Positions 18,478-28,078 are shown, numbered from the stretch's first letter. The stretch: 64,000 bases of DNA from Candidatus Dormiibacterota bacterium (GCA_963789735.1 CAWBLV010000001.1:85822-149821), one strand, 5' to 3'. The notes: generated by a model not told the origin, from the letters alone. A program made the numbers and translations.

Positions 18478-19812
18478 ATGCTCACGTTTGACGAGCTCAC
18501 CCAACTGGTCGATGCCGGGGACGTCGACACCGTCGTCGTCGCTTTCACAGACATGCAGGGACGCCTGATGGGCAAGCGCATGGAGGCCCACTTCTTCGTC
18601 GAGGAGATGGAGCACAAGAACCCGGTCGAAGGGTGCAACTACCTGCTCGCGCTCGAGATGGAGATGGATCCCGTCCCCGGGTACGAGATCGCGAGCTGGG
18701 AGCGCGGCTACGGCGATTTCACGATGGTTCCCGATTTCGACACGATGCGGCGGATTCCGTGGCTCGAAGGCACCGTGCTCGTCCTCTGCGATGTCGCGTG
18801 GAACGACGGCACTCCCGTGCGTCCGTCGCCGCGTCAGGTGCTCAAGGCGCAGGTCGACCGCGCGAAGGCGTTGGGATACAAGGCCATGTTCGGCTCGGAG
18901 CTCGAGTTCTTCCTGCTCAAGGAGACGTACGCGCAGGCGCACGACCAGCACTATCGCGGGCTGACGCCGTCAGTTCCCTACATCCTCGATTACCACATCC
19001 TCGCCACCAGCTATGACGAGCCGTTCATCCGCTCCGTGCGCAACAACATGCAGGCAGCGGGGATGCGGGTCGAGACGTCAAAAGGTGAGGCGTGGCCGGG
19101 CCAGCACGAGTTGAATTTCCGGTACAGCGACGCCGTGACCATGGCGGACAACCACGTCATCTACAAGAACGGCATCAAGGAGATGGCGCAGCAGACGGGC
19201 CAGTCGGTCACCTTCATGGCGAAGCCGGATCACACCTGGATCGGCAGCTCGTGTCACATCCATTCGAGCCTCTGGGGCGGCGACGATGCGTTGTTCTCCG
19301 GCGAGTCGCCGCTGTTCAAACAGTACCTGGCGGGTCTCGTGGCCAATGCGGGTGAGTTCGCCGTGTTCCTCGCGCCGAACATCAACTCATACAAGCGGTA
19401 CGCGGCAGGAAGCTGGGCACCGACAACACTTGCGTGGGGATACGACAACCGCACCTGCGGGTTCCGCGTCGTCGGCCATGGCAAGTCGCTGCGCGTTGAG
19501 TGCCGCATTCCGGGGGCGGACGCCAACCCGTACCTCGCTTTCGCCGCATTGCTCGCCGCCGGATTGAACGGCATCGAGCAGCAACTCGAGTTGCCGCCGG
19601 TCTTCACGGGCAACGCGTACGAGTCCGACGTCAAGCGGTTCCCGCACACGCTCAACGAGGCGATCACCGAGCTCGAGCGTGGCAAGGTGGCGCGGAGCGC
19701 GTTCGGCGATGACGTCGTCGACCACTACCTCAACTACGCGCGCACCGAGCAGGCGCTCTTCGACAAGGTGGTCACCTGCTACGAGCGCGAGCGCTTCTTC
19801 GAACGCGGATGA
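18478..19812 (+). CDS. glutamine synthetase family protein (gamma-glutamyl-amine ligase type, PuuA/GlnA3-like)
   Basis: The start is the ATG at 18478 after an AAGGAGGG RBS. The GS beta-grasp region shows VVAFTDMQGRLMGK. The catalytic domain shows FMAKP...GSSCHIHSSLW and NSYKRY. Confidence 0.85.
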   Translation: MLTFDELTQLVDAGDVDTVVVAFTDMQGRLMGKRMEAHFFVEEMEHKNPVEGCNYLLALEMEMDPVPGYEIASWERGYGDFTMVPDFDTMRRIPWLEGTVLVLCDVAWNDGTPVRPSPRQVLKAQVDRAKALGYKAMFGSELEFFLLKETYAQAHDQHYRGLTPSVPYILDYHILATSYDEPFIRSVRNNMQAAGMRVETSKGEAWPGQHELNFRYSDAVTMADNHVIYKNGIKEMAQQTGQSVTFMAKPDHTWIGSSCHIHSSLWGGDDALFSGESPLFKQYLAGLVANAGEFAVFLAPNINSYKRYAAGSWAPTTLAWGYDNRTCGFRVVGHGKSLRVECRIPGADANPYLAFAALLAAGLNGIEQQLELPPVFTGNAYESDVKRFPHTLNEAITELERGKVARSAFGDDVVDHYLNYARTEQALFDKVVTCYERERFFERG

Positions 19813-21161
19813 CACTTCGGCTCCTGAACCCCGCCACGGAACAACCCGTGGCAGAGCTCGAGCAGGCCGGCGTCGATGAGACGGACCGCGCAGTGGCCGC
19901 GGCCAAGGCCGCGTTCCCGGCGTGGCGCGCGGTTGCGCCGTCAGACCGAGCGCGACTGCTGCGCCGCCTCGCCACGTTGGTCGAGGAGCATCTCGAAGAG
20001 CTGGCGCTGCTCGAGACGAGGAACGTCGGCAAGCCCATCTCGGACTCGCGCGGCGAGGTGGGCATGGTTGCCCAGGTGTTCCATTTCTACGCGGGGGCGG
20101 TCGACAAGCACTACGGACAGACCATCCCGGTGGCCGGCGGCATCGACGTGACCTTCCGCGAGCCGCTTGGCGTTGTGGGCCTCATCGTGCCCTGGAACTT
20201 TCCCCTCAACATCGCGAGCTGGAAGCTTGGGCCGGCGCTGGCCTGCGGGAACACGGTGGTGCTCAAGCCTGCGGAGCTGACCCCCATGTCGGCAATCCGG
20301 CTCGCCGAGCTTGCGCTCGAAGCCGGCATCCCGGAAGGCGTTTTCAATGTTGTGGTCGGTCCTGGCCGGATCGTCGGTGAGCGTCTGATCCAGCACCCGG
20401 ATGTGGCCAAGATCGGTTTCACCGGCTCCACGGAGGTGGGTGTCGAAGTGATGCGTGGCGCCGCCGCGACCATCAAGCGGGTCACCCTCGAGCTCGGCGG
20501 CAAGTCGGCCAATGTCATCTTTGCCGACGCCGACCTCGAGCGCGCGGCTGCCGCGGCTCCGTACGCGGTCTTCGGCAACGCCGGTCAGGATTGCTGCGCG
20601 CGGTCGCGCATTCTCGTGCAGCGCGATGTGTACGACCGTTTCGTGGCGTTGCTCGTCGATGCAACCCGGGGCGTGCGCGTCGGCGATCCCGAGGACGCTG
20701 CGACGGAGATGGGACCGCTGGTGTCCGCGAGCCATCGCACAAGTGTTGCCTCGTTCGTCGAGACCGAGCCGATTTTCAAGGGATCCGTCCCGGATGGCCC
20801 GGGCTTCTGGTATCCGTGCACGCTCATCGAAGCGAGCAATGATGACCGCGTCGCCCGCGAGGAGGTGTTCGGGCCGGTTGCCGCGATCATCCCCTTCACG
20901 GACGAAGCGGACGCGATTCGCATCGCCAACGACACGCCTTACGGTTTGTCGGGATCGATCTGGACGACCAACGGCGCTCGGGCGCTGCGCGTGGCGCGCG
21001 CGCTCGACACGGGAGTCCTCTCCATCAACAGCAATTCCTCGGTGCGTGTGTCGACGCCGTTTGGCGGGTTCAAGCAGTCCGGATTCGGACGCGAGCTCGG
21101 CATGAACGGTCTCGACGGCTATTCCGAGGTCAAGAACGTGTTCATCTCGACGGAGGGCTGA
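19809..21161 (+). CDS. NAD(P)-dependent aldehyde dehydrogenase
   Basis: Motifs seen are VVLKPAELTP, FTGSTEVG, ELGGKSANVIF and the catalytic Cys context GQDCCARSR. It overlaps the upstream gene by 4 nt. Confidence 0.9.
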   Translation: MTLRLLNPATEQPVAELEQAGVDETDRAVAAAKAAFPAWRAVAPSDRARLLRRLATLVEEHLEELALLETRNVGKPISDSRGEVGMVAQVFHFYAGAVDKHYGQTIPVAGGIDVTFREPLGVVGLIVPWNFPLNIASWKLGPALACGNTVVLKPAELTPMSAIRLAELALEAGIPEGVFNVVVGPGRIVGERLIQHPDVAKIGFTGSTEVGVEVMRGAAATIKRVTLELGGKSANVIFADADLERAAAAAPYAVFGNAGQDCCARSRILVQRDVYDRFVALLVDATRGVRVGDPEDAATEMGPLVSASHRTSVASFVETEPIFKGSVPDGPGFWYPCTLIEASNDDRVAREEVFGPVAAIIPFTDEADAIRIANDTPYGLSGSIWTTNGARALRVARALDTGVLSINSNSSVRVSTPFGGFKQSGFGRELGMNGLDGYSEVKNVFISTEG

Positions 21162-21168
21162 CAGCACG

Positions 21169-21936
21169 ATGGGACGCCTCGACGGCAAGGTTGCAGTGAT
21201 CACCGGTGCAGCGGGTGGCATCGGCCGCGAGGCGGCCGTGCTGTTCTCCGAAGAAGGGGCGTCGGTGGTGGTTGCCGACGTGGGCACCTCAGCCGGCGCG
21301 CAGGCCGCAAGCGAGTGCAAGCGCGCCGTGTTCATCGAGGTCGATGTCAGTGATCCGGCAAGCGTTCGCGCCCTCTACGCGAAGGCTGTCGAGACCTATG
21401 GCGGCGTCGACATCCTCTACAACAACGCGGGCATCATGCCGCCCGACGACAACTCGATCCTGACCACGGAAGCGGACGCATATGACCGCGTCCAGGCAGT
21501 GAACGCGAAAGGGGTCTTCCTCTGCTGCAAATACGGGATCCCGCATCTGCTCGAACGCGGCGGCGGGTCGGTCATCAACGTCGCGTCGTTTGTGGCGCTG
21601 GTTGGCGCGGCAACGTCGCAGATCGGCTATACGGCTTCGAAGGGAGCGGTGCTCTCGATGAGCCGCGAGCTCGCCGTCCAGTTCGCGCGCCAGGGTGTGC
21701 GCGTCAACGCGCTGTGTCCCGGTCCAGTCGAGACACCACTTCTCATGCGGCTGTTCTCCGACAACCCGGCGGCATACGAGCGGCGGCGCATCCACCTGCC
21801 GATGGGCCGGCTCGCAACCGCGCGAGAGATCGCCAACGCCGCGCTCTTCCTTGCGAGCAGCGAGTCGTCGTACGTCAACGGCGCGACATTTCTTGTCGAC
21901 GGCGGGCTGACCGCCGCATACGTGACGCCGGAGTAA
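21169..21936 (+). CDS. SDR family oxidoreductase
   Basis: Motifs seen are ITGAAGGIGRE, NNAG and YTASKGAV. Confidence 0.9.
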   Translation: MGRLDGKVAVITGAAGGIGREAAVLFSEEGASVVVADVGTSAGAQAASECKRAVFIEVDVSDPASVRALYAKAVETYGGVDILYNNAGIMPPDDNSILTTEADAYDRVQAVNAKGVFLCCKYGIPHLLERGGGSVINVASFVALVGAATSQIGYTASKGAVLSMSRELAVQFARQGVRVNALCPGPVETPLLMRLFSDNPAAYERRRIHLPMGRLATAREIANAALFLASSESSYVNGATFLVDGGLTAAYVTPE

Positions 21937-22065
21937 GCAACGGGGTTCGGCCTTGATTCCGCTACCGGTGCGCCGCCCCGTGTAACCCACCCCGATATCC
22001 CTCGCATCATGCGCACACGGACGACGCGACGGTGCTGCGGATCGTGGGTGTCATGATCGCGGCAC

Positions 22066-23169
22066 ATGGTTGTTGAGGCGGCGTCCCGCTCGGCCGCGCT
22101 GCCGGACCGCCGCCCCGCACCGACCCGGCCCGAAGCGCGTGCGGTCACGATCCACGGGATGGGGACGGCCGTGCCCTCCCATCGTGTCGGAGGCGACGAC
22201 GTCCTTCGTCTCCTCACGCAGCTCTGGCCGCGGCTCGAGCGCCGCGTCAGCCTTTTCGCGGACGAGCTGTCCGCAACGCACCGTTACCTCGTCCGTCCCA
22301 TCGAGGAAGCGATGCTCCCGCTGTCCCCGGGCGACCAGGCGGTGCGCTACGCGGCCGAGGCAACCCCGCTTGCCATCGCGGCGGCGGAGCGGGCGCTCGA
22401 ACGTTCCGGAGTAGCACGCGATGACATCGGCCTGATCGTTGTCGCGTCGTGCACCGGCTTCGTGCTGCCGGGCATCGACGTGCATCTGGTCAACCATCTT
22501 GGCCTGCGCCGGGATATCCGGCGGATGCCCTTCATGCATTTCGGCTGTGCCGGCGGCGCCGCATCGCTGAGCTGGGCGAGCGACTGGGTGCGTCTGCACT
22601 CGCGCCAATCTGCACTCGTGGTCGCCGTCGAAGTGCCGACGCTCACCTTCCGGCCCGCTGACACCTCCGCCGATAACCTCCTGAGTGTGCTCGTCTTCGG
22701 GGACGGCGCAGGCGCGGCCGTCATCGGCTCGGAGCCGGCTGCTGGGTGCATCGGCATCGGGCGGACGGCATCCCGCCTGGTCGCCTCGAGCACCGAAGCG
22801 CTCGGTTTCGAGCGCGCCGATGACGGCTTCCGTGTTGTCGTGTCGAGGCAGCTGCCGCGTCTCATCGAGTTGAACCTGCCTGCCCTGGTCCGCGAGTTCG
22901 CCGGCGACCCGGCGGCGCTCGACGTCGTGGCGGCGCACCCCGGCGGCCAAGCCATCGTTGATTCGGTGGTTCGCTGTCTCGGCCTCGAGGAGCGCCAGGT
23001 CGCCGCCACGCGCGAGGTGTTGAAGACGACCGGCAACACGTCGTCCGCAGGCATCCTCTTTGTCCTCGACGAGCTCGGATCTCATCTGCCGGATCGTTCC
23101 GGCCGGGGGATCGCCGCAGCATTCGGTCCCGGGCTCACCGTCGAGCTGCTCGAACTCCTCTGGGCGTGA
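22066..23169 (+). CDS. type III polyketide synthase (chalcone/stilbene synthase superfamily)
   Basis: The catalytic triad contexts are all visible: Cys in VVASCTGFVLPG, His in AAHPGGQAIVD and Asn in GNTSSAGILFVLDEL. The C-terminus shows FGPGLTVE. Confidence 0.85.
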   Translation: MVVEAASRSAALPDRRPAPTRPEARAVTIHGMGTAVPSHRVGGDDVLRLLTQLWPRLERRVSLFADELSATHRYLVRPIEEAMLPLSPGDQAVRYAAEATPLAIAAAERALERSGVARDDIGLIVVASCTGFVLPGIDVHLVNHLGLRRDIRRMPFMHFGCAGGAASLSWASDWVRLHSRQSALVVAVEVPTLTFRPADTSADNLLSVLVFGDGAGAAVIGSEPAAGCIGIGRTASRLVASSTEALGFERADDGFRVVVSRQLPRLIELNLPALVREFAGDPAALDVVAAHPGGQAIVDSVVRCLGLEERQVAATREVLKTTGNTSSAGILFVLDELGSHLPDRSGRGIAAAFGPGLTVELLELLWA

Positions 23170-23786
23170 TGCGCTGGCGGGCACGCACCGCGCTCGTCGT
23201 GGTCACCGGAGCGCAACGGCTCGTCGAGCTACGCCTCTCGGCGCGGAATCGCGCCGGTGGTGGGCCGGCTGAGCAGGCAGCCGCATCGACGTATCCGGTG
23301 ATGGTGGCGACGCACGTTGCGCTCTTCGCCGTATGCGCGTGGCCCCGCCGCGGACGACGGGTCCCCAGGCCGCTCGAGGGTGCAGCACTGGTGGGGCTCG
23401 CGGCCGCAACCGGGCTGCGCGTGTGGGCGATTCGAACACTTGGTACGAGCTGGAACGTCACCGCGCATGTCCCGAAGGACGGTCACATCGAGACGGGCGG
23501 CCCGTACCGCTACGTGCGCCACCCCAACTATGTCGCCGTGGCGCTGGAGTTTCTGTGCCTGCCGATTGCGGTGGGCGCGGTGCCCGAGGCGGTGGTGCTG
23601 TCAGCGATGAATGCGGCGGTGCTGGTACCGCGAATCCGGTCCGAGGAACGTCTCCTGGACGCGATCCCCGGATACCACGAGGCGTTCGAGGGTGTGCCGC
23701 GATTCATCCCGCGCCGTGGGCGTCGCAGCCGTCAGATGCCGGCGAGCGACAGCCAGTCACGCGGGGTGACGTCCCGGAACGTCTGA
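23166..23786 (+). CDS. isoprenylcysteine carboxyl methyltransferase (ICMT)-family membrane methyltransferase
   Basis: A polytopic protein with the motif GPYRYVRHPNYVAVALEF. It overlaps the PKS stop by 4 nt. Confidence 0.8.
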   Translation: MMRWRARTALVVVTGAQRLVELRLSARNRAGGGPAEQAAASTYPVMVATHVALFAVCAWPRRGRRVPRPLEGAALVGLAAATGLRVWAIRTLGTSWNVTAHVPKDGHIETGGPYRYVRHPNYVAVALEFLCLPIAVGAVPEAVVLSAMNAAVLVPRIRSEERLLDAIPGYHEAFEGVPRFIPRRGRRSRQMPASDSQSRGVTSRNV

Positions 23787-24913
23787 TAGCCGCAGTTGAT
23801 TGCGACAAGCTTGGCAAGCGCGCGAGGGTCGTGGCGAGCCCGGAGGATCGCCCGCCGGCTGAGCTCCGGTGATCTCGCCAGAAACAGCGCAAGGCTCGTG
23901 AGCCGGCGCCGCTCGCGAACGAGATCGGCATGATCGCGTGCGTAGCCGGCCGCGGCGGTGCCGGCTTCGACGGTCCCGTCCAGCAGGTCGCCGGCATGGT
24001 GCGCGAGGCGTTCGGCAAGCAACATGCCGATTGCGATGCCGTCGCCCGTGGTGGGGTCGTCATACCCGGAAGCGTCGCCGACCAGGAACACGCGACCCTC
24101 TGCGACGGCCCGCACCCGCTGATGGAAGTGCGCGGCGCCAAGTGGTCGCGACACCAACGCGGCATCGGCGATGGCGGGAATGCTCCTGCGCGCGGCTCCT
24201 TCGTAGTGGCGCGCGGTCATCGCCGGGCGCGATCGATGGGTGAGGACCGAGACGAGCAGCAGGTCGGGTCCGACCGGCGCCTCGTACCACTCGTGGCCTC
24301 CCGCGAGGGTGACGCGGATGCCGGCGCGATCGCGTGTGTCCACCTGCCAGTGGCCGGCGAGCCCGTACCGCATCTGCCCCTGCGGTTTCGCCCGGAGCGC
24401 GGTCCAGACGCGCATCTGCGAATGCAGACCATCGGCGCCGACGACCACCCGCGCCCGTATCTCGTCTGTCGCGGTCGCGACTCCCGCGACGGCACCGCCT
24501 GCGCCCCTGACGAGCCGGGTCACGCGGTCACCCTCGCGAACGACAGCGCGTGGCTCTTCACGCACCGCATCGACCAGGACAGCGTCGAACGTGGTGCGCC
24601 GGACCCCGAGCCCGGCCGCCGGGCCACCGTCTGCCGGGCTCGGGAACGGAACGTCGACCTGGACGCCGGCACGCTGGTGGCGGTAGGTCACGCCCTCCAA
24701 AGGGCGGGCGCCGGTTGCGAGGACACGCTCATACAGGCCCATCCGCCGGAGGGCGGCGACCCCTGGCGGCATGACTCCTTCGCCGCAGGCCTTGTCTCGC
24801 GGGAACCGGGCGCGATCGATGAGGATGACCCCGTGACCTCGTCTCGCCAGTAAGAGCGCGGTCGTCGCCCCACTCGGGCCGGCACCCACGACGACCACCT
24901 CGGTCTCGATCAC
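23732..24913 (-). CDS. FAD-dependent monooxygenase / geranylgeranyl-reductase-family flavoprotein
   Basis: The dinucleotide fold shows VVVVGAGPSGATTALLLARRGHGVILIDR, followed by a GD-type motif LVGDASGYDDPTTGDGI. It is convergent with the ICMT gene, with a 55-bp 3' overlap. Confidence 0.8.
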   Translation of the reverse strand: MIETEVVVVGAGPSGATTALLLARRGHGVILIDRARFPRDKACGEGVMPPGVAALRRMGLYERVLATGARPLEGVTYRHQRAGVQVDVPFPSPADGGPAAGLGVRRTTFDAVLVDAVREEPRAVVREGDRVTRLVRGAGGAVAGVATATDEIRARVVVGADGLHSQMRVWTALRAKPQGQMRYGLAGHWQVDTRDRAGIRVTLAGGHEWYEAPVGPDLLLVSVLTHRSRPAMTARHYEGAARRSIPAIADAALVSRPLGAAHFHQRVRAVAEGRVFLVGDASGYDDPTTGDGIAIGMLLAERLAHHAGDLLDGTVEAGTAAAGYARDHADLVRERRRLTSLALFLARSPELSRRAILRARHDPRALAKLVAINCGYQTFRDVTPRDWLSLAGI

Positions 24914-24995
24914 CGCCGCACTCTCTCAGAACGAGCCGGTTCCGGGCGTATCGCAGCGGACCGCGCCACGGGGACCTCGGGGGCATGATGGTCCG

Positions 24996-26261
24996 GTGAA
25001 CTTCCTCTCGGGACTGCACGGGGCAGTCGCGCTGGCACTCCTGCCGGCGTTGCTCTTTGCCGAGGAGGCCGGCGTCCCCCTTCCCTTCGCACCGGGTGAG
25101 CTGACCTTGCTCGTCGCAGGCTTGCTCATCGCGTCGGGAGGGCTGAACCCCTATGCCTTCATTCCTTTAGCGCTGATCGCGTGCATCGCCGGCTCGCTCG
25201 TCGGCTACAGCTGGGCGCGCGCAGTCGGTGATCGCGGCCTCAAAGGGCTGGCGAGGCGTCTCCGCCAGCAGCGCAACCTCGAACGCGTCGAGGAGCGATT
25301 GCGATCAGCGGGCTGGCAAGGGATCGCGATCAGCCGCCTGATCCCAGGCCTGCGCATCTACACCACGCTCGTTGCCGGCGCGGTTCGTGCCCCGCGGCGC
25401 TCCTTCATCCTCGCGATGATCTCGTCGACGATCGTGTGGGTGGGCGTGTACGTCGCGCTCGGGATCCTGATCGGTGTTCCGGTGGAGCACTTCCTGGACC
25501 AGATTCAGAAGCTGGCGGTGCAGGGAGCGATCCTGATCGTGATGGGCGTCGGCTGCTATCTCGCCGTGCGCAAGACGCCGTCCTCTTCGGGCGCGGGGCT
25601 CGTCCGCGTTCCGCGCTGGGTTCGCGTGCTCCTCGCTGCGCTCATCGATGTCGGCGTCGTGGCGAGCATCGTCACTGGTCTGCTCGCCCTCGGCCGTCTC
25701 CTCGGCGTCGGATTCGGGAGCGGGTGGGTGGACGGTATCGTCGTGTTGCTGGTGGTCGGGGCGTTCTACGTCATCGTGGCGCGGCGGAGTGCCGGTGCAA
25801 CTGCCGGGGAGGTGTTGCTCCAGACGAGTTACGTCAGCGGTCACGGGTTGCCGCTCCGTCCGCGAGCCGCACTTGAGGCCGTCCGATCGCTGGTGACGCG
25901 GTCGGACGACGAGCTGACCGCCACCGGTGACCTGCTCCACGCTCTGGGAGACCCCGACCGTCTCCGCATCGTCACCCACCTGCTCGACCGCCCTCAAACG
26001 CTCGAGGAGCTTGCGAAGAAGTCGAACCTCTCCCCCTTCGAAGTACGCCACCAGCTGGATCGATTCGAGTCGACCGGCGTGCTCGTGGTCAACGGTCAGG
26101 AGCCGGACGCGACGTACGCGGTGCGCTCAGACCTCCGCCCAGTGCTGGTGCAACTGCTCGCAATCATGGAGTCGACGCCGGTGGTCAAACCGCTGGAGAA
26201 GAACCCCGAGAAAACCCCCGAGAAGACTTCGGACAAAACCGCAAAACCGGCACGGGCATGA
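24996..26261 (+). CDS. fusion membrane protein: DedA (SNARE-associated) domain, RDD-like domain and a C-terminal ArsR-type winged HTH
   Basis: DedA motifs are FAEEAGVPLPFAPGELTLLVAG and SRLIPGLRIYTTLVAGA. The RDD-like block is RWVRVLLAALIDVGVV...GATAGEVLL. The ArsR HTH is LHALGDPDRLRIVTHLLDRPQTLEELAKKSNLSPFEVRHQLDRFESTGVL. The start is GTG. Confidence 0.7.
   Translation: MNFLSGLHGAVALALLPALLFAEEAGVPLPFAPGELTLLVAGLLIASGGLNPYAFIPLALIACIAGSLVGYSWARAVGDRGLKGLARRLRQQRNLERVEERLRSAGWQGIAISRLIPGLRIYTTLVAGAVRAPRRSFILAMISSTIVWVGVYVALGILIGVPVEHFLDQIQKLAVQGAILIVMGVGCYLAVRKTPSSSGAGLVRVPRWVRVLLAALIDVGVVASIVTGLLALGRLLGVGFGSGWVDGIVVLLVVGAFYVIVARRSAGATAGEVLLQTSYVSGHGLPLRPRAALEAVRSLVTRSDDELTATGDLLHALGDPDRLRIVTHLLDRPQTLEELAKKSNLSPFEVRHQLDRFESTGVLVVNGQEPDATYAVRSDLRPVLVQLLAIMESTPVVKPLEKNPEKTPEKTSDKTAKPARA
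26196..26243 (+). repeat. four imperfect 12-nt tandem units (GAGAAGAACCCC-like) encoding the EKNP-EKTP-EKTS-DKTA tail of the fusion protein
   Basis: Read directly from the sequence. Confidence 0.6.
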
Positions 26262-26287
26262 CGCGGCGCATCCAGTAGCCGGCAAGC

Positions 26288-27307
26288 CTAGAACGCGCCG
26301 ACGATGAGCGCGCACACCGCAGCCATTGCGGCGGTCGCGGGAATGGTCAGAACCCAGGCAACTAGGATATTTCGGGCGACACCCCAGCGCACCGCGCCAA
26401 GCCGGCGTGTTGCCCCGGCGCCCATCACCGCACCCGAGACGACGTGCGTGGTGCTCACGGGAAGTGCGAGTTGCGTGGCACCCTGAATCACGACCGCAGC
26501 CATCGTCTGCGCACAGAAACCGTCGACCGGCTCGAGCCGGATGACCTTCATGCCGAGCGTGCGAATGATTCGCCAGCCGCCGGCGTAGGTGCCGAAACCG
26601 ATGGCTGTCGCGGCGAGGAGCACCACCCACAGCGGCGGTGACGGAAAGACGTTGCCGCCGGCTGAGAGCACGCCGGCGCTCACCAGGGCAAGCGTGATCA
26701 CCCCCATGGTCTTCTGCGCGTCGTTCGCCCCGTGCGAGAACGAGACGAATGCGCCCGAGGCGACCTGGGCGACGCGGAAGCGCCGGTTCATAGGACTTGG
26801 CTGCGCGTGCCGGAACACGTCGAGCGTGAGCACGGTGAAGAGATAGGACAGCACGAAACCGATGAGTGGCGACGCCACGAGCGCGATCACCACCGGAATG
26901 ACCGACCCCCATTTCACCGCGTCAAATCCATACGCAACGACGCCCATCCCCACAAGTGCGCCGATCAGGGCATGTGACGAGCTCGACGGCAACCCGAGAC
27001 GCCAGGTGATCAGGTTCCAGATGATCGCCCCAATCAGTGCCGCGATGATCATGCCCAGTGCAACGCCGTGTTTCGGAGCCACCAGCCCTCCGATGGTGTT
27101 GGCCACGTGCGTATGCAGGATCTCGATTGCGACCAGCGCGCCGAGCAGGTTGAACACGGCCGAAAGACCAACAGCTGTTTTCGGGCCCAGCGCGCGAGTG
27201 CTGATCGAGGTCGCCACGGCATTGGCGGTGTCGTGGAACCCGTTCGTGAAGTCGAATCCGAGCGCGATGACGACCGTCACGATCAGCAACGCGTCGATGC
27301 CGGTCAC
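26288..27307 (-). CDS. pit: inorganic phosphate transporter, PiT family
   Basis: GFDFTNGFHDTANAVATSISTRAL appears near the N-terminus. The second PHO4 repeat shows SFSHGANDAQKTMG. Confidence 0.9.
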   Translation of the reverse strand: MTGIDALLIVTVVIALGFDFTNGFHDTANAVATSISTRALGPKTAVGLSAVFNLLGALVAIEILHTHVANTIGGLVAPKHGVALGMIIAALIGAIIWNLITWRLGLPSSSSHALIGALVGMGVVAYGFDAVKWGSVIPVVIALVASPLIGFVLSYLFTVLTLDVFRHAQPSPMNRRFRVAQVASGAFVSFSHGANDAQKTMGVITLALVSAGVLSAGGNVFPSPPLWVVLLAATAIGFGTYAGGWRIIRTLGMKVIRLEPVDGFCAQTMAAVVIQGATQLALPVSTTHVVSGAVMGAGATRRLGAVRWGVARNILVAWVLTIPATAAMAAVCALIVGAF

Positions 27308-27924
27308 GCGTTTTTGATGATGATGCCTTCGATGACGTTGGCGACATCCTCGCAGCGATCCAGCGAGTCTTCGAGGAGCGTGTAGAAATCCTTCAACTTG
27401 ATGATCGAGACGGCGTCGTGGCCACCGCCGAACAGCTCGCCGATCGCGCGTCGCGACTCGGTGTCGCCCACATTCTCGAGACGGTGCACCTCGATACCGT
27501 GCTCGCTCACACCGGACTTTGTCTCGAGCTTTGAGACTGCTGCCTGGAGCTGCAGCGCCGCCTCGACGACGAGCCCCGCCATCGACTTCGCCGCATCGGA
27601 GATATCGGTGATGCCGTAGAGGACGATCGTCTCGGCAATCTCGTCGACGTAATCAAGCACATCGTCGAGGCCTGAGCTCAGGGCGTAGATGTCCTCCCTG
27701 TCGAAGGGAGTGATGAAGGTGCGGTGCAGCGTCTGGATGATCTCGTGGGTGAGCTCGTCGCCGGCGTGCTCGAGATCCTTGATCGCGGCCTGGTGCACCG
27801 GCATCGCCTCGATCCTGTCGTCGAACGCCCCACGGAGCAGCTGCGCCGCGGCGACCACGTTGCCTGCCTGGCGATCGAAGAGCTCGTAGAAGCGGCGTTC
27901 TCGACGCAGGAGGCTGATCGGCAT
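27304..27924 (-). CDS. DUF47 family protein (PhoU-like putative phosphate transport regulator)
   Basis: It is helical and has the DUF47 pattern (ERRFYELFDRQA..., HAGDELTHEI, FITPFDREDI). It overlaps pit by 4 nt, the usual operon partner arrangement. Confidence 0.85.
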   Translation of the reverse strand: MPISLLRRERRFYELFDRQAGNVVAAAQLLRGAFDDRIEAMPVHQAAIKDLEHAGDELTHEIIQTLHRTFITPFDREDIYALSSGLDDVLDYVDEIAETIVLYGITDISDAAKSMAGLVVEAALQLQAAVSKLETKSGVSEHGIEVHRLENVGDTESRRAIGELFGGGHDAVSIIKLKDFYTLLEDSLDRCEDVANVIEGIIIKNA

Positions 27925-28078
27925 GGACCGGGTGATCCTACCTGAAGCACCCAGGCATGGCAGCCCTTCCTGGATCGGGGTGGTTTGTCGCGCCTCGGAG
28001 ATCGCCGAGCAGATCTTGCCTCACGATAACTCTCGGGGGCAAGAACACGTCGAAGATGCTGTAGTAGTTGACTAAAAC

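Noticed and set aside
23732-23786. The 55-bp (and, at 60176-60219, the 44-bp) overlap of convergent gene ends as a sign of mis-annotation or antisense regulation.
   Set aside because: Both overlaps involve low-complexity C-terminal tails, which are common in high-GC genomes where stop codons are rare. Nothing in the sequence shows they are functional.
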